Notes under the pieces: model-generated
What the model was told of the DNA's origin: nothing
Databases searched by the model: none
Seen by the model: only the letters and a program-made list of their open reading frames with translations
In this document: positions 14,503-32,554 of the stretch, piece after piece
Position numbering within the stretch: the first letter of the stretch is position 1
How the letters are laid out: every line of letters starts with the position of its first letter
Made by a program: the position numbers and the translations under genes
From: the human T2T-CHM13v2.0 reference genome, Homo sapiens
Direction: 5' to 3' (one strand)
NCBI RefSeq assembly: GCF_009914755.1
Contig: NC_060925.1
DNA: 64,000 nt

Positions 14503-14796
14503 TTTGTTTTGTTTTGTTGAGACAGAAACTCTGTTGTCTAAGCTGGAGTGCAGTGGCGTGATCTTGGCTCTCTGCAACCTCTGCCTCCTGGGTTCAAGTG
14601 ATTCCCGTGCCCCAGCCTTTTGAGTAGCTGGGATTACAGGCACATGCCACTACATCCGGCTAATTTTTGTATTTTTAGTAGAGACGGGGTTTCTCCATCT
14701 TGACCAGGCTGGTCTTGAACTTCTAGGCTCAAGCGAGCCTCCTGCCTCAGTCTCCCAAAGTGCTGGGATTATAGGTGTGAGCCACCTCGCCCCACC
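14503..14796 (-). mobile_element. AluS/J
   Basis: Antisense dimer; TSD tgatcacc(c/g)ttt. Confidence 0.93.
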
Positions 14797-15106
14797 TGAT
14801 CACCGTTTTCTTTTTGTGGCCATTAGAAGCTACCAATGAGACAACTCAGAAGATGTCATGTTCAGAGAGCTAATTAGAATGAACTTTGCTACTTTTTGAC
14901 TTACTTGAAGAAGCCTACCTTGGGCAAGAAGTTTCGGAGAATGGGAAATGATTCCATGAGCAACATGTCAGAATTTCCTCTAACTCCATTCATGTCTCTT
15001 CCTGGGCATGATCAGCTCACAGGGAAGTAAAACAAACGCTGATCCGGTAATAGTGGGCATTGAGAAGTCTGTAATGAAAGTATTCTCTCCTCATCCTCAT
15101 CACTTA

Positions 15107-15291
15107 GGGAGACCGTATGGTCTAATGGAGCGATCAGTAAACTCAAAATAGAAAGATTTGAGACCAAGTTAGCCATTAAATTATCATAAGACTCACCTAA
15201 GTTAATCCTGCAGTTTCTTCCTCTGTAAAATGGGTGGGGAGTGCGGTACATGATCTCTGAGATTCCCTTGTGGTTTTAACATTCTCTGACT
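15107..15291 (+). mobile_element. MIR3
   Basis: cagtttcttcctctgtaaaatggg...atgatctctgagattccctt...aacattct matches the MIR core and MIR3 tail. Confidence 0.65.
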
Positions 15292-15324
15292 AGGTTACTT
15301 TGCATTCTAGACATGCTCGTTCTC

Positions 15325-15634
15325 TTTTTTTTTTTTTTTTTTTTCTCGAGACAGAGTTTTGCTCTTGTCACCCCGGCTGAAGTGCAATGGCATGATCTTG
15401 GCTCACTGCAACCTCCACCTCCTGGGTTCAAGTGATTCTCCTGCCTCAACCTCCTGAGTAGCTGGGATTACAGGTGCCCGCCACCATACCCGGCAATATT
15501 TTTTTTTCTTTTGTATTTTTGGTAGAGACGGGGTTTCACCATATTGGCCAGGCTGCTCTCGAACTCCTGACCTCATGTGATCCGCCGCCTCAGCCTCGCA
15601 AAGTGCTGGAATTATAGGCATGAGCCACTGCCCC
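15325..15634 (-). mobile_element. AluS
   Basis: Antisense dimer; TSD agacatgct. Confidence 0.93.
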
Positions 15635-15985
15635 ATGCCAGACATGCTTATTCTCTTATGCTACCCATCAGGTTGGCTTCCCTCTGTACAGTGGAAGAAA
15701 TTCTTAGAAAGGCAGAAGTTAGATTTTAGGTCAAAATCTTTAGTAAAGATTAGATTTTTCTCTCTGTGGTCTAAGATAAGACAAGTACCACCTCTCAATT
15801 TGACAGGGACAAATTGACTTTCTCCATGATGACCTCAAATCAAACTCATAATGTGCTTATCAGGTGCCAGATAATGACGCCTACTGCAAGCTACCCAAGC
15901 CTCTCCTTGTTTATTCACAGGTTACTTTCCTAAATGAGGCCTTCCCTGGCCACCCTATCTAACAATACATGCCCAGAGGCCCTAG

Positions 15986-16350
<365 letters not shown>

Positions 16351-16380
16351 AATAATTGCTATTTTTAAGAGTAGCACATA

Positions 16381-16676
<296 letters not shown>

Positions 16677-16735
16677 AGTAGCACATATTAGGCTATCTGG
16701 CTGGCTTCATGTCCACTTAGCCTCATCCCAACTGA

Positions 16736-17175
<440 letters not shown>

Positions 17176-17378
17176 CCAAGTGTCACTATTCTAGTCCAAG
17201 CTGACATCTTCTGTTACCTGACATTTTGCCACAGTTTCTTAACTACTCTCCTTTCTTCCCCACCTCCTCACAATCTATTCTCTATATTGCACCCAGAATG
17301 GTTTTTCTAAATCATAGATATAATCTAACTTTTTTAAATGGGCTTCCTGAGTCCCTGTTGTCTTAAGGATGAAGATCA

Positions 17379-18340
<962 letters not shown>

Positions 18341-18369
18341 CAATGAAGCTATACAGAAGGGTTTGCCTG

Positions 18370-18550
18370 GGGCTTTGAAAGCAGTATCAAAAGATGGGTT
18401 CCAAAAATAGTTTGAGCACTGACAGCATCGTTGCATTAAGTAAGCTTCTCCCAAGATAATCATTTTTGAGGAAAGGGTACTTATTTGAATACATTGGCCT
18501 GGCCTATTTGATTTTCAAAATTTAAGCCATATTACTTCAGAATCATTACT
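18370..18550 (+). mobile_element. MARNA-like ancient mariner fragment (decayed transposase C-terminus)
   Basis: aaaagatgggttccaaaaatagtttgagcactgacagcatcgttgcattaagt...ctcccaagataatcatttttgagg resembles the mariner FQKCFEQWQHRWNKC..SQGDYFE coding end. Confidence 0.7.
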
Positions 18551-18842
18551 GCTACATGTACAAGATGTCGAATTCTTTTTTCATTTTATCAACAGAAATT
18601 ACTAGAATTCCTGAATGGACCATTTTTGACCTAATATTTGTGAGGCTTATAAGGTATTTTTCTTTTTCTTTTTCTTTTTAGTTATTTCTGCACAGAAATT
18701 TTTAACATCTTGCATAAAAATAGGAATAGGTAAATTTTTATCATAATATGCTAATATAATCTAATTTGAATTCATGCCAACCAGACTGTGCAAAACATAG
18801 ATTATATAATGGTAATAGTTTGATAAATGAGTAGAATAAAGT

Positions 18843-19145
18843 GTCTGGGCACGGTAGCTCACGTCTGTAATCCCAGCACTTTGGGAGGCCTAGGCGAGTG
18901 GATCACCTGAGGTCAGTTCAAGACCAGCCCGGCCAACATGGTGAAACGCTGTGCTGTCTCTACTAAAAATACAAAAATTAACCAGGTGTGGTGGTGCATG
19001 CCTGTAGCCCCAGCTGCTCAGGAGGCTGAGGCAGGATAATCGCTTGAACCCAGGAGGCAGAGGTTGCAGTAAGTGGAGATTGTGCCATTGCACTCCAGCC
19101 TGAGCAAGAGAGCAAGCCTCCATCTCAAAAAAAAAAAAAAAAAAG
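18843..19145 (+). mobile_element. AluS
   Basis: Dimer with poly(A). Confidence 0.93.
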
Positions 19146-19238
19146 AGAGAGAGATTTACTAGAAAATTCAAGCATTTTTGTTTTTGGCATTTTATGTATA
19201 TATTCAACTTGGTAACTGAAAATGTAAAAATAAGGGTT

Positions 19239-19387
19239 AGCTGGGCACAGAGGCTCACACCTGTAATCCTAACACTTTGGGAGGCCAAGGCATGAGGATA
19301 GCTTGAGCCCAGGCGTTCAAGGCTGCAGTGAGCTAGGATTGCACCACTGCCCTACAGCCTCGGTGACAGTGCAAGACCTTATCTCTG
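19239..19387 (+). mobile_element. Monomer-length Alu (left-arm start, right-arm end)
   Basis: gctcacacctgtaatcctaacactttggg joined to ggctgcagtgagc... Confidence 0.85.
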
Positions 19388-19519
19388 TTTGTTTGTTGTT
19401 TATTTTTGTTTTTTTGTTTTATTTTTTAAAAGCCAATAACATCTAAAATAAGTTTTGCTAAATTTTTGGAAACTGTAGGCAATAGAAATAACCACAAATA
19501 TTTCAGAAAATCAATATTC

Positions 19520-19797
19520 TTTTTTATTTTTTTTGAGACGGAGTCTCACTTTGTCGCCAAGCTGGAGTGCAGTGGTGCGATCTCAGCTCACAGCAACCAG
19601 GTTCAAGCCATTCTCCCACCTCAGCCTCCCGGGTAGCTGGGACTAGTGCGCCATCACACCCAGCTAATTTTTGTATTTTTAGTAGAGACATGATTTCATC
19701 ATGTTGGCCAAGATGGTCTCGATCTCTTGACCACGTGATCTACCCGCCTCAGCCTCCCAAAGTGCTGGGATTACAGGCGTTAGCCACTGCGCTTGGC
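19520..19797 (-). mobile_element. AluSc-like with deletions
   Basis: Antisense dimer; TSD aaaatcaatattct. Confidence 0.92.
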
Positions 19798-20088
19798 AGA
19801 AAAATCAATATTCTAAGTGAGTTGTTTCATGGGACCTACATTAGAAGATTCTATTTTAAACATTTTGTGTGGAAACACTATGTTCATATTAAGTTAGCAG
19901 TTTCACTAACCTTTAAAACTTATATAGCAAAATAGTTTAACTATTGCCAGAGTTTTATTTCCACATCATTAAGTATTTTGCAGTTTCCCTCCTAAATTAA
20001 TTATCTTTGTAATTTGTTTAGTCCTTTTTTTTTTTTTTTAATTCTTGGCTTTTTCTACTCCCTATACACATTCTCAAACCTTGTTTTC

Positions 20089-20566
20089 TTTTTTAATTGA
20101 GACAGGGTCTCGCTCTGTCACCCAGGCTAGAGCACAGTGGTGCAACCATGGCTCACTTACAGCCTCAACATCCCAGGCTCAAGCAATCCTCCCAAGCAGC
20201 TGGGACTACAGGTCCATGCCACCATGCCCAGCTAATTGTTTTTATTTTTTTGTAGAGACAAGGTCTCACTATGTTGCCCAGGCTGGTCTCAAGCAATCCT
20301 CTTGTTTCAGCCTCCCAAAGTGTTGGGATTACAGGTGTGAGCCACTGAACCAGATCTCAAACCTTATTTCTAAAAGAATAGATTCTACATCTTCCCTCAC
20401 AAGAAAAGGGTTCTGTGGCTTGTCTATATTTGTCTTGGTTGGTTTGTTTTTTTGTAGAGATGGGGTCTCACTGTGTTGACCAGGCTGATCTTGAACTCCT
20501 GAACTCAAGAGATCCTCCTGCTTCAGCCTCCCAGAGTGCTAGGATTATAGGCACGAGCCACTACAT
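20089..20566 (-). mobile_element. AluJ (20089-20352) and FLAM (20446-20566)
   Basis: Antisense Alu sequence; TSD tctcaaacctt for the first. Confidence 0.88.
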
Positions 20567-20858
20567 CTGTAATCCACCTATATTTGGAAAACAAAAATTG
20601 TCTAGGGGAGATGAGCAAAATTGATTAAGCCAAACAAGCATGTGCTGAACCTGACTCTATACAGAACTCTGAGGTATGGAATACCCGGATGCACAGACTA
20701 GCATCTGGCCTCTAGCAGCTTGCAATTTAGTGAAGGAGAGAAAGACACATATGAAACTTAAAATACACCTTTATAGAAAACTGAAAATGCCTGTGGTATA
20801 AACATGAGCCTATCAGAAAAAAGAAGAGGAGATTTTAACTTTAAATATGGGCCTTTTA

Positions 20859-21192
<334 letters not shown>

Positions 21193-21661
21193 TTACAAAA
21201 AATAGAAAACAGATGACTTTTGAAGGTGTGGTTGCAAAATGAATCTTATTATCATCATCATCACCATCTTCATCATCAAAAAATGATCACTATGTGGCTA
21301 TCAGTCCATGATTATTTTACAAGGTTCCCTGGGTTGTTCCCTGATTATTTTACAACCCCTGCGGAGGTTGCAGTGAGCAGTTGTTCACACTTTTGGAAGT
21401 CCTAGGCCTCAGAAGTCATATCATCTCTTTCAGATGTGTAAATTCACTCTAGATTAGCACATTTCAAATAGTTCTCCACATAATGGTTAAACTCCTTCTA
21501 AAGCTGTGGTTCCTGTCTCAGGAGAACATTATTCATTCAATCACCATTTACTGAAAGCCTACTAGGTGTCAGGCCCTCAAGAAAAAAAGTCATATCAATT
21601 CTCAGGGAGTTCTTCTTTTCTTCCACAGTACAAAGCCCAGTTTGCAATTAAATGTGTTTGT

Positions 21662-21970
21662 GGCCAGGCATGGTGGCTCACGCCTGTAATCGCAGCACTC
21701 TGGAAGGCCGAGGTGGGTGGATCACCTAATGTCAGGAGTTTGAGGCCAGCCTGACCAACATGGTGAAACCCCGTCTCTACTAAAAATACAAAAATTAGCC
21801 AGGCGTGGTGGTACATGTCTGTAATCTCAGCTACACAGAGGGCTGAGGCCGGAGAATCACTTGAATCCGGGAGGCGGAGGTTGCAGTGAGCCAAAATCAT
21901 GCCATTGCACTCCAGTGTGGACAACAAGAGCAAAACTCCACCTCAAAAATTAATTAATTAATTAACTAAA
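21662..21970 (+). mobile_element. AluS
   Basis: Dimer; TSD atgtgtttgtgg. Confidence 0.94.
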
Positions 21971-22059
21971 ACAAATATGTGTTTGTGGAGTGATTATTTA
22001 TTTGAAGTCTGGCTCCCTCATCACACTGTAACTACCTTGAGGCAATATACTAACTTACA

Positions 22060-22900
<841 letters not shown>

Positions 22901-23037
22901 TTTTAGGGCAGGAAGCTTTCATCTTTGCTTACTAGTATAGTCCTTGTGACTGGCACCCACAGGTACTAAATGTTCATTTTGGTCACGTAAGAGGACATAG
23001 AGTAGCTACAGAAATCACTGTCAAATTCCTTAATTCA

Positions 23038-24510
<1,473 letters not shown>

Positions 24511-25333
24511 TAAAATGCTATAGAATGTTTGACAGTGACAGATGCTAAAGGACAAAACAGCATAGGGTAAGGAGGATTGGAAGTGTAGGGGAATGGGTTG
24601 CAAGTTTAAATAGGGTGGTAAGGGTAAGCCTCCTTGACAAGGTGCTATCTGAGCAAAGAGTTAAAGGAGGTGAAAGAGCAAATCTTGCAATCATCTAGGT
24701 AGGGAATAGCCAATGCAAAGGACCTGGAGCAGGAGGATGTCCAGCCAAAGAGCAGCCAAGGGGACAGTGGCTTGAATAAGAAAGATGGCAAGTACAAGAT
24801 GAGATGAGAGAGTTAAAGGTAGGGTGAAGGAGAGGCAAAAATCAAGTAGGTCCCTGTAGATACAGACCACTGTGAAAGCCTTGGCTTTTACTAGGTGAAA
24901 TGGGAGCCCCTGCTGAGCAGAAGAATGACATGTTCTGTCATATATAGAGATGTGGATATATAGATGTATATTTAAGAATCCATTCAGTTGTTTTCCTGAT
25001 AATAAATTGGTAAGGAAAGGAGACCAGTTAGGCAACTATTATTTAAAATAAAAATTTTTAAAAAACAGATGGAAGATGATGGTAATATGTACCAGAGTTG
25101 ATGGTAAGTACTCAGATTCCAGGTGTATTTGGAAGGTAGAGTCATCAGGATGTCCTGACAGATTAGTGTGAGTTATAAGGGGAAGAGAATGAGAAGGATG
25201 TCACCGACTGAAAGGATGAGGTTGGCATCAACCCAAGTAGAGAAGTCTGTGAGTGGACAGAATTGAGGTGGCGAGGAGTCGGTGGTCCTGAGATCAGTTT
25301 TGGGCATGTGAAGTGGGGGCTATTAGATATTCA

Positions 25334-25391
25334 AGTAGAGAAGCTGAGCAGGCATTTTGCAGTAGAGAAGCTAAGCAGGCATTTTGCAGTA
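25334..25391. repeat. 27-bp tandem duplication inside L2
   Basis: agtagagaagct(g/a)agcaggcattttgc twice. Confidence 0.92.
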
Positions 25392-25850
25392 TACAGGAGA
25401 GTTCACATGGAACTTGTAAAAGTGGAGGGAAAGATGGAGGAAAAAATAAAATCGTGAATGTTATAGGATATGAGCAAAATGCTACCAGAGCTCAGAATAA
25501 TAAATGAACTCTGCCAAGGAGGGATGAGGGAGCTTTAAGATCTTGAAGAATGTGCAGGATTCCTGAGTGAAGAAAGGAGAAAGGGCGTTCCTGAAAGAGG
25601 GAAGAGCCAGGAGTCAGGAAGGGGACAGGGAGAAGCTTCCATGGTTGAAGCCTCGACAAAGGAAGGCAGCAAGGGCCAGGGAGAAGACATGAGTGAAGAT
25701 TTTAGCCAGATTATAAAGGGATAAACCAAGTTAAGGGAGGAAAAAAAATGTCAAAAAACTAACATGAAGATCTATGTTCCTGGTGCTCTGCTTTTTGCTT
25801 TATATGTCATTTAATTTTCATTGTCTATGATCATTTAAAATAACACTTCA

Positions 25851-26152
25851 GACCAGGCACTGTGGCTGACGCCTGTAATCCCAACCCTTTGGGAGGTTGA
25901 GGCAGGAGGATCAATTGAGCCCAGGAGTTTGAGGCCAGCCTGGGCAGCATAGAAAGACCCTGCCTCTTAAAAAAAAAAAAAATAGGCAGGCACCGTGGCA
26001 CATACTTATAGTCCCAGCTACTCAGGAGGCTGAGGTGGGAGGATCACTTGAGCCCAGGAGCTCAAAGCTGCAGTAAGCCATGTTCATGCCACTGCACTCC
26101 GGCCTGGGCAAAAAGTAAGACCCTTCTCAAAAATAAATAGATAAAATAAAAT
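25851..26152 (+). mobile_element. AluJ
   Basis: Dimer; TSD aaaataa(ca/tg)cttcag. Confidence 0.93.
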
Positions 26153-26408
26153 AATGCTTCAGTTCTTCCTGATAAAAAACAATGAAAGAAAAAAATTAAA
26201 ATAATGCTAAGGATTGACATTTCTAATGAAATCAAATATCCAAGAGGGCAAACAATATTATTCACTCCTGATTTGGTGAATTTTCACCCATAACTTAAAT
26301 ATAAGAACAAACATTCTTTACCACTCAGCTCATTTGTCCTTCTATAGTAAAAGTAGAAAAGAGGTTTTCTTGAAAGGAGATTAAAAAAAAAGAAAAGAAA
26401 AGAAAAAA

Positions 26409-26590
26409 CATGGTTGCAGACGCCTGTAATCCCAGCTGCTTGGGGGCTGAGGCAGAGAATTGCTTGAACCCAGGAGGCGGAGGTTGCAGTGAGCCAAGAT
26501 TGCGCCGCTGCACTGCAGCCTGGGCGACCGAGTGAGACTCCATCTCAAAAAACAAAAAAAAAAAAAAGAAAGAAAGAAAAAAAGGAGAAA
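26409..26590 (+). mobile_element. Alu right arm
   Basis: Right monomer plus A tail. Confidence 0.88.
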
Positions 26591-26882
26591 AGCAGTCTAT
26601 AGTAGGCCACCTCTGTGAGTCAGTCAGAATTCTCTCAGGGTTGTCTTTCTCAAAGGAGAAAATCACATAGAGGAGGAGTTAGAGGAAGGCTGTCTTTTAG
26701 ATTTTTCTACCATTAATTTATTCAGCTGATGTTTATTTTATTGAGGGCCCTTTACTGCTAGGTATTATTGAAAGTATTCATTCAAATGCAAAGAAGAAAA
26801 AGTCTGCACGCATGAGGCAAATTTAATGTTCTTCAACACTATGAGTATGCAAAATGATCCATTCAAAGGCTGGAAATCCAAA

Positions 26883-27040
26883 GCCAGGCACGATGGTTTA
26901 CGCCTGCAATCCCAACTACTCCTGAGGCTGAGACACAGGAATCTCTGGAACCCAGGAGGCAGAGGTTGCAGTGAGCCGAGGGAGACTCCATCTCAAAAAA
27001 AAAAAAAAAATTAACTTAAAAAATAAATAAATAAAACAAA
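26883..27040 (+). mobile_element. Alu right-arm fragment with a deletion
   Basis: Right monomer plus A tail. Confidence 0.85.
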
Positions 27041-27114
27041 GCCTAGAAATCTGAGCATTCCCAAGGGTTAGTTAGAAATAAGTGATCTGTTTTTTTAAAA
27101 AAATCTATTTTGTA

Positions 27115-27471
<357 letters not shown>

Positions 27472-28009
27472 TTAAAATTACCCAGTGCAGAATGTGAACC
27501 ACCTAGTCAATTTGACTGCTTTCCTGAGCATCAACCTGTAAGAAATCAAGACAGAAGATAATTCTCATAAAAATTCCCTCCCTAGGGAACTCCCGGAAAG
27601 AAATTGTCAGAACATGAGTTTTCTAGTTAAAAGGAAACAATGTTGCAACTAACTCAAATCAATAAATGACTACCTCCATCATCCCTGTAGCCACGTGTGT
27701 GGAAATATGCTGGCAGCACAGCCAGTATTTGTGCTAACATTAGCACACTCAAGGAAAATCAAACTGTGCTCCTTAAGGCTGTCAGGCCCTCTTAAAAGCT
27801 TTCCCCTCCCACGATCTCTTAGATGAGACTGACATCTATGCAGAGTAATGGAAGAAGGCAAAGTCCTTTTTCATCTCCAAGGACTATGGCTAATAATGGC
27901 TACTCCCCAGATAATTGTATATAGTATCTGCCTAGATTAACAAACAGGAGATTGAGTAAAATCGAGGAAATCCAGTAGATGACACAGCCAACCTTTCCGG
28001 AATCAGGAT

Positions 28010-28350
28010 CTTTTACATTTAGTGTTCCCTCTGCCTGAAACCCAGTTTTCCCCACATATTTACATAGCCAGCTGCTTCTCACTGAAGCTCCCTGGTGGGG
28101 CCTTCCCTGACCACTCCTTCTAAAGCAAGATCCACACGCCTGCCTTCCACAGTGATGTAACCACCCATCTGATAATAACCACACGCTTCTAAAAATCTTG
28201 ATTCTTTCTTTTTGCTCTCTATCCCACTTGAATATAAATCCCACGAGAGCAAGCACCTAGTTTGTCTAGTTCCCTGCTGCAGGACCAGGTCTCAGACAGT
28301 GCCTGGCAGGAGGTGGGTGCCCAGTAAATATTTGTGATCTAATGAGCAAA
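28010..28350 (+). mobile_element. L2 3' fragment
   Basis: gttccctctgcctgaaa...ggccttccctgaccac...cagtgcctggca...cagtaaatatttg. Confidence 0.7.
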
Positions 28351-28421
28351 TGCAGGACCTGAGTAACCCGAGGCAGCGGGCCTACAGTGCCTGAAGTCTG
28401 AAGACCATTTCTCAATTGCTT

Positions 28422-28707
<286 letters not shown>

Positions 28708-28967
28708 GCTCCATTTTAATGGGTTAAATCCCCCATAAGCAAGTTAAAAGCAAGTATTGTGGCAATTAACTAGAGAATTCAGATGCAAAAAAAAAAAAAC
28801 AAACCACTTTGACCTCAAATATCTGTTTCAAGAGAACGTTAATCTTTCAGTTCCTTAAATTCTTGACTTTACTTTGTATGTGTAAATCTGGCTAGAAGCA
28901 GCTTCTTTTCTACTGACAGTGAGCAAAAGATTTTTTTCTCCTTCCTCAATAATTGGGGAATTTTCAA

Positions 28968-29282
28968 GGCCAGGTGTGGTGGCTCACACCTGTAATCCCA
29001 GCACTTTGGGAAGCCAAGGCGGGCAGATCACTTGAGGTCAGGAATTCGAGACCAGCCTGGCCAACATGGCGAAACCCTGTCTGTACTAAAAATACAAAAA
29101 ATTAGCCAGGCGTGGTGGCACGTGCCTGTAGTCCCAGCTACTCAGGAGGCTGAGGCAGGAGAATCGCTTGAAGCCAGGAGGCAAAGGTTGCATGAGCCGA
29201 GATCACTCCACTGCACTCTAGCCTGGGCAACAGAGTGAGACCCTGTCTCAAAAAAATAAAGTAAAACAATAATAATAATAAA
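28968..29282 (+). mobile_element. AluSz/Sx-like
   Basis: Dimer with A-rich tail. Confidence 0.93.
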
Positions 29283-30525
29283 CATTGAATGTAAAGAGAA
29301 AAAAAAAGAGCAGGAAAGAGAGAGAACCAAAAATGTAAAAATTAATCCTATCTGAATCCATTAGCTGAGTTTCCCTGAAAGTGCTAGTGTCCTTACGAGA
29401 GGTGTACAATAAACATAACATCATGAGATGTAGTATTCACCTTGAAACTCAACTTTAAATAGTTCCTGAAAGAGCTCCTTTCTTTATGACGTCCCAGAAT
29501 CTTAGAAATAAGGCATTTGATCAAAAGAAGGCATTATAGACTCCGAGTTCCAATGGCTTAGGGGTACCATAGGAAAACAATGTGTCAAGCCTCTGCAGGA
29601 CAATAGGGTCCTGCTGGCCACAGGTGATGTAATTTAGCTTCAATAGCCTTTGCAGATCCGAGGCCCACGGGAGAACACTGGCCGGCAGCCCATGTGTGAG
29701 CATGCGGGCTTTTCCTCTTGAACATATTGCATGATTATGGAACAGTCCCTGGAGGATTGAGACTTTATAAACAACAAAAATAATTTTGACAGCTGGCGAC
29801 AGAAATAATCACTTCTCTTTGTATTTCATTAGTATCAATGTCCACTTTGTTTGTTAATGTTCTTTCAAAACAGAAAATCTGCATGACTCAACTCAGCAAG
29901 TATATGTTATACTTTTTTCTCTAGTTAGCAACTGACTATTCAGAGTTTGAAGGTGGACAAGATGGTCACAGTTGTCTCAAAAATACTCAACTTTCCCAGA
30001 TGGAAGAAATTTGGAAAAATTCAACAGAATGTCAAAATGTTTATAAGAAGTCTGAGATGAGAGAACTTTGTGACACAGAACAGATAGACAAAATAAACAA
30101 ATGCAGTCCTTTGCCACCTCTTAGGTCTCATTACAAACCCCTTGAGTCCCTGAACTGTGGGCCTGAATTTTCTCAACCAGGGAGAGAGTGGAGGTGAACC
30201 AAAAACTAACACCAAAAGTGTAAGGAAAACCTCATCCTGACTGAGATCTAACCTGCTGCCTCCAGCTGTTGGGTTTCCAGGGACCTCTGCATCAGCTTGC
30301 CAAATGTTGAACTGTAAGTGCCCAGGTGGCAGGAAATAGAAGCACTGTAACTTGCTTTGCAGAGTAAAACACTGACATATGTGACTATTTGACAAATAGA
30401 ACTTGGTGAGTGAAGGACACATCATGGCTGAGATGATATATTTTAAGGTATATTTGAAAGATGACAACCCAGTTAACGAATAACAGAAATACAATTTTTA
30501 GGCTACCACTAGTCAAATTATTTCT

Positions 30526-30812
30526 TCTTTTTTTTTTGGACAGGGTCTCACTCTGTCGCCCAGGCTGGAGTGCAGTGACGTGATCTCTGCTCACTGCAAG
30601 CTCCGCCTCCCAGGTTCACGCCATTCTTCTGCCTCAGCCTCCTGAGTAGCTAGGACTACAGACACCTGCCCACACGCTCGGCTAATTTTTTTTTTTTTTG
30701 TATTTTTAGTAGAGACGGAGTTTCACCGTGTTTTGATCTCCTGACCTCGTGATCCACCCATCTCTGCCTCCCAAACTGCTGGGATTACAGGTGTGAGCCA
30801 CTGCGCCCTGCC
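30526..30812 (-). mobile_element. AluY-like
   Basis: ctgcaagctccgcctcccaggttcacgccattct; perfect TSD ctagtcaaattatttct. Confidence 0.92.
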
Positions 30813-30865
30813 TAGTCAAATTATTTCTAAGAGTACGGTTTTAAAGAAGCAGAGATGAGCTTTTA

Positions 30866-31480
30866 GGCCAGGCGCAGTGGCTCACATCTATAATCCCAGC
30901 ATTTTGGGAGGCTGAGGTGGGTGGATCACTTGAGCCCAGGAGTTCAAGACCAGGCTGGGCAACATCATGGTAAAACCCCATCTCTACCAAAAATACAAAA
31001 AAAAAATAAAAAAAAAACACAAAAAAATTAGCCGGGCATGATGGTGCACGCCTGCAGGAGAATGGCTTGAAACCAGGAGGTGGAGATTGCAGTGAGCCGA
31101 GATCGTGCCACTGCACTCCAGCCTGGGCAACAGAGCAAGACCCTGTCTCAAAAAAAAAAAAAAAAAAAAAAAAGCAGAGATGAGCTTTTAAATTACAGAT
31201 TAAAAAATTAGGCCACACCTGTAATTCCAGCACTTTGGGAGGCCATTGCGAGAAGATCGCTTGAGGCCAGGAGTTGGAGACCAGCCTGGGCAACATGGTA
31301 AATCCCTGACTCTACACAAAAATTTTTAAACATGTAAAAATTACCCAGGCGTGGTGGCACATGCCTATAGTCCCAGCTACTCAGGAGACTGAAGTTGCAG
31401 TGAGCCATGATCCCACCATTGCACTCCAGCATGGGCGACAGAGCAAGACCTTGTCTCAAAAAAAATTAAAATAAAATAAA
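30866..31480 (+). mobile_element. Two Alus with deletions (30866-31172, 31211-31480)
   Basis: TSD aagcagagatgagctttta around the first. Confidence 0.9.
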
Positions 31481-31581
31481 AGTTCATCTTGGTTATCTCA
31501 ATTTAATTTTTTTCTTTGTACAGGTATCTGGTTTATTTAAGTTGTGATCTTCCTGAGAAACAAATCGAAGTCAGTGCAGAC

Positions 31582-31768
31582 CAGCATTGTCCAACAAACA
31601 GAACTTTCTGGCATGATGGAATAGCCCATAGCTGCACTGTCCCCTCATGTGGCTATTTGAGCACTTGAAATGTGTCTAGTGTGACAGAGAAACTGAGGTT
31701 TTAATCTTAATTTAAATTTGTTTAAATAGCCACACGTATTTAGTGGCTACCATACTGGACAGTGCATG
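31582..31768. mobile_element. MER3-like hAT-Charlie MITE
   Basis: tgtccaa...gaactttctg...atgtggctatttgagcacttgaaatgtg...tagtggctaccatactggacagtgca. Confidence 0.8.
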
Positions 31769-32014
31769 TCTAGACCAGTGGTTCACAATTGAGGGCAATT
31801 TTTAGTCCTCAAAAGCAGTCCTCAAGGGGTCAGAGTTGTGTTGCAGGAGTAGGGGGAATCACAGCCTGTCTTCAGCTGGTGGACAACCCCTCCAGCCATC
31901 CAAGCTCCCGTTTTCCCACTACACATGGGCCTACCTGTGTAGACCTGTGTAATTTAAATTTTAATTTAAATTTGTAAGAGAAAGAAACCTATATAGATCT
32001 ATTAGTTTCTCGTG

Positions 32015-32379
32015 TTTTCTTTCTTTCTTTCTTTTTCTTTCTTTCTCTTTCTTTCTTTCTTCTCTCTTTCTTTCTCTCTCTTCCCTCCTCCTTTCCTTTC
32101 CTTTCCTCTTTTCTTTCTGACAGGGCCTCGCTCTGTCATCCAGGCCAAGTGCAGTAGTGTGACCACCGCTCACTGCATCCTCAACCTCCTGGGCTCAAGT
32201 GATCCTCCCACCTCAGCCTCCGAGTAGTGGGGACTACAAGCATAAGCCACTGCACCAGACTATTTTATTTTTATTTTTTTGTAGAGACAGAGTCTCGCTA
32301 TGTTGCCCAAGCTGGTCTCGAACTCCTGGATGCAAGCAATCTGCCAGCCTTGACTTCCCAAGGTGCTGGGGTTACAGGC
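32015..32379 (-). mobile_element. AluJ (5' ~20 nt missing) with a long (TC/TTTC)n tail
   Basis: Pyrimidine tract 32015-32117, then antisense Alu ending at ttacagg. Confidence 0.9.
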
Positions 32380-32393
32380 TATTTTTACTGTTT

Positions 32394-32551
32394 CTTTTAG
32401 GGCAGTGAAATTACTTTGTTAGTATATGATGTTATACAGGTGGATACCTGTCACATTTGTCCAAACCCACAGAATGTACAACACCAAGAGTGAACCCTGG
32501 TATAACCTATGTTTGCGTAATAATGATGCATCAATGTTGGTTCATCAATTG
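32394..32551 (+). mobile_element. L1MC/MD 3'-UTR segment (inverted duplicate of 32696-32847)
   Basis: ttagggcagtgaaa...acatttgtccaaacccacagaatgtacaacaccaagagtgaacc. Confidence 0.88.
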
Positions 32552-32554
32552 ATT

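Noticed and set aside
21220-21405. His-rich ORF (YYHHHHHLHHQ)
   Set aside because: Short (CAT)n low-complexity run, non-ATG start, no splice or homology support
31501-31530. Second + strand AG|GT juxtaposition (tttctttgtacag|gtatct)
   Set aside because: Weak donor half; not distinguishable from chance
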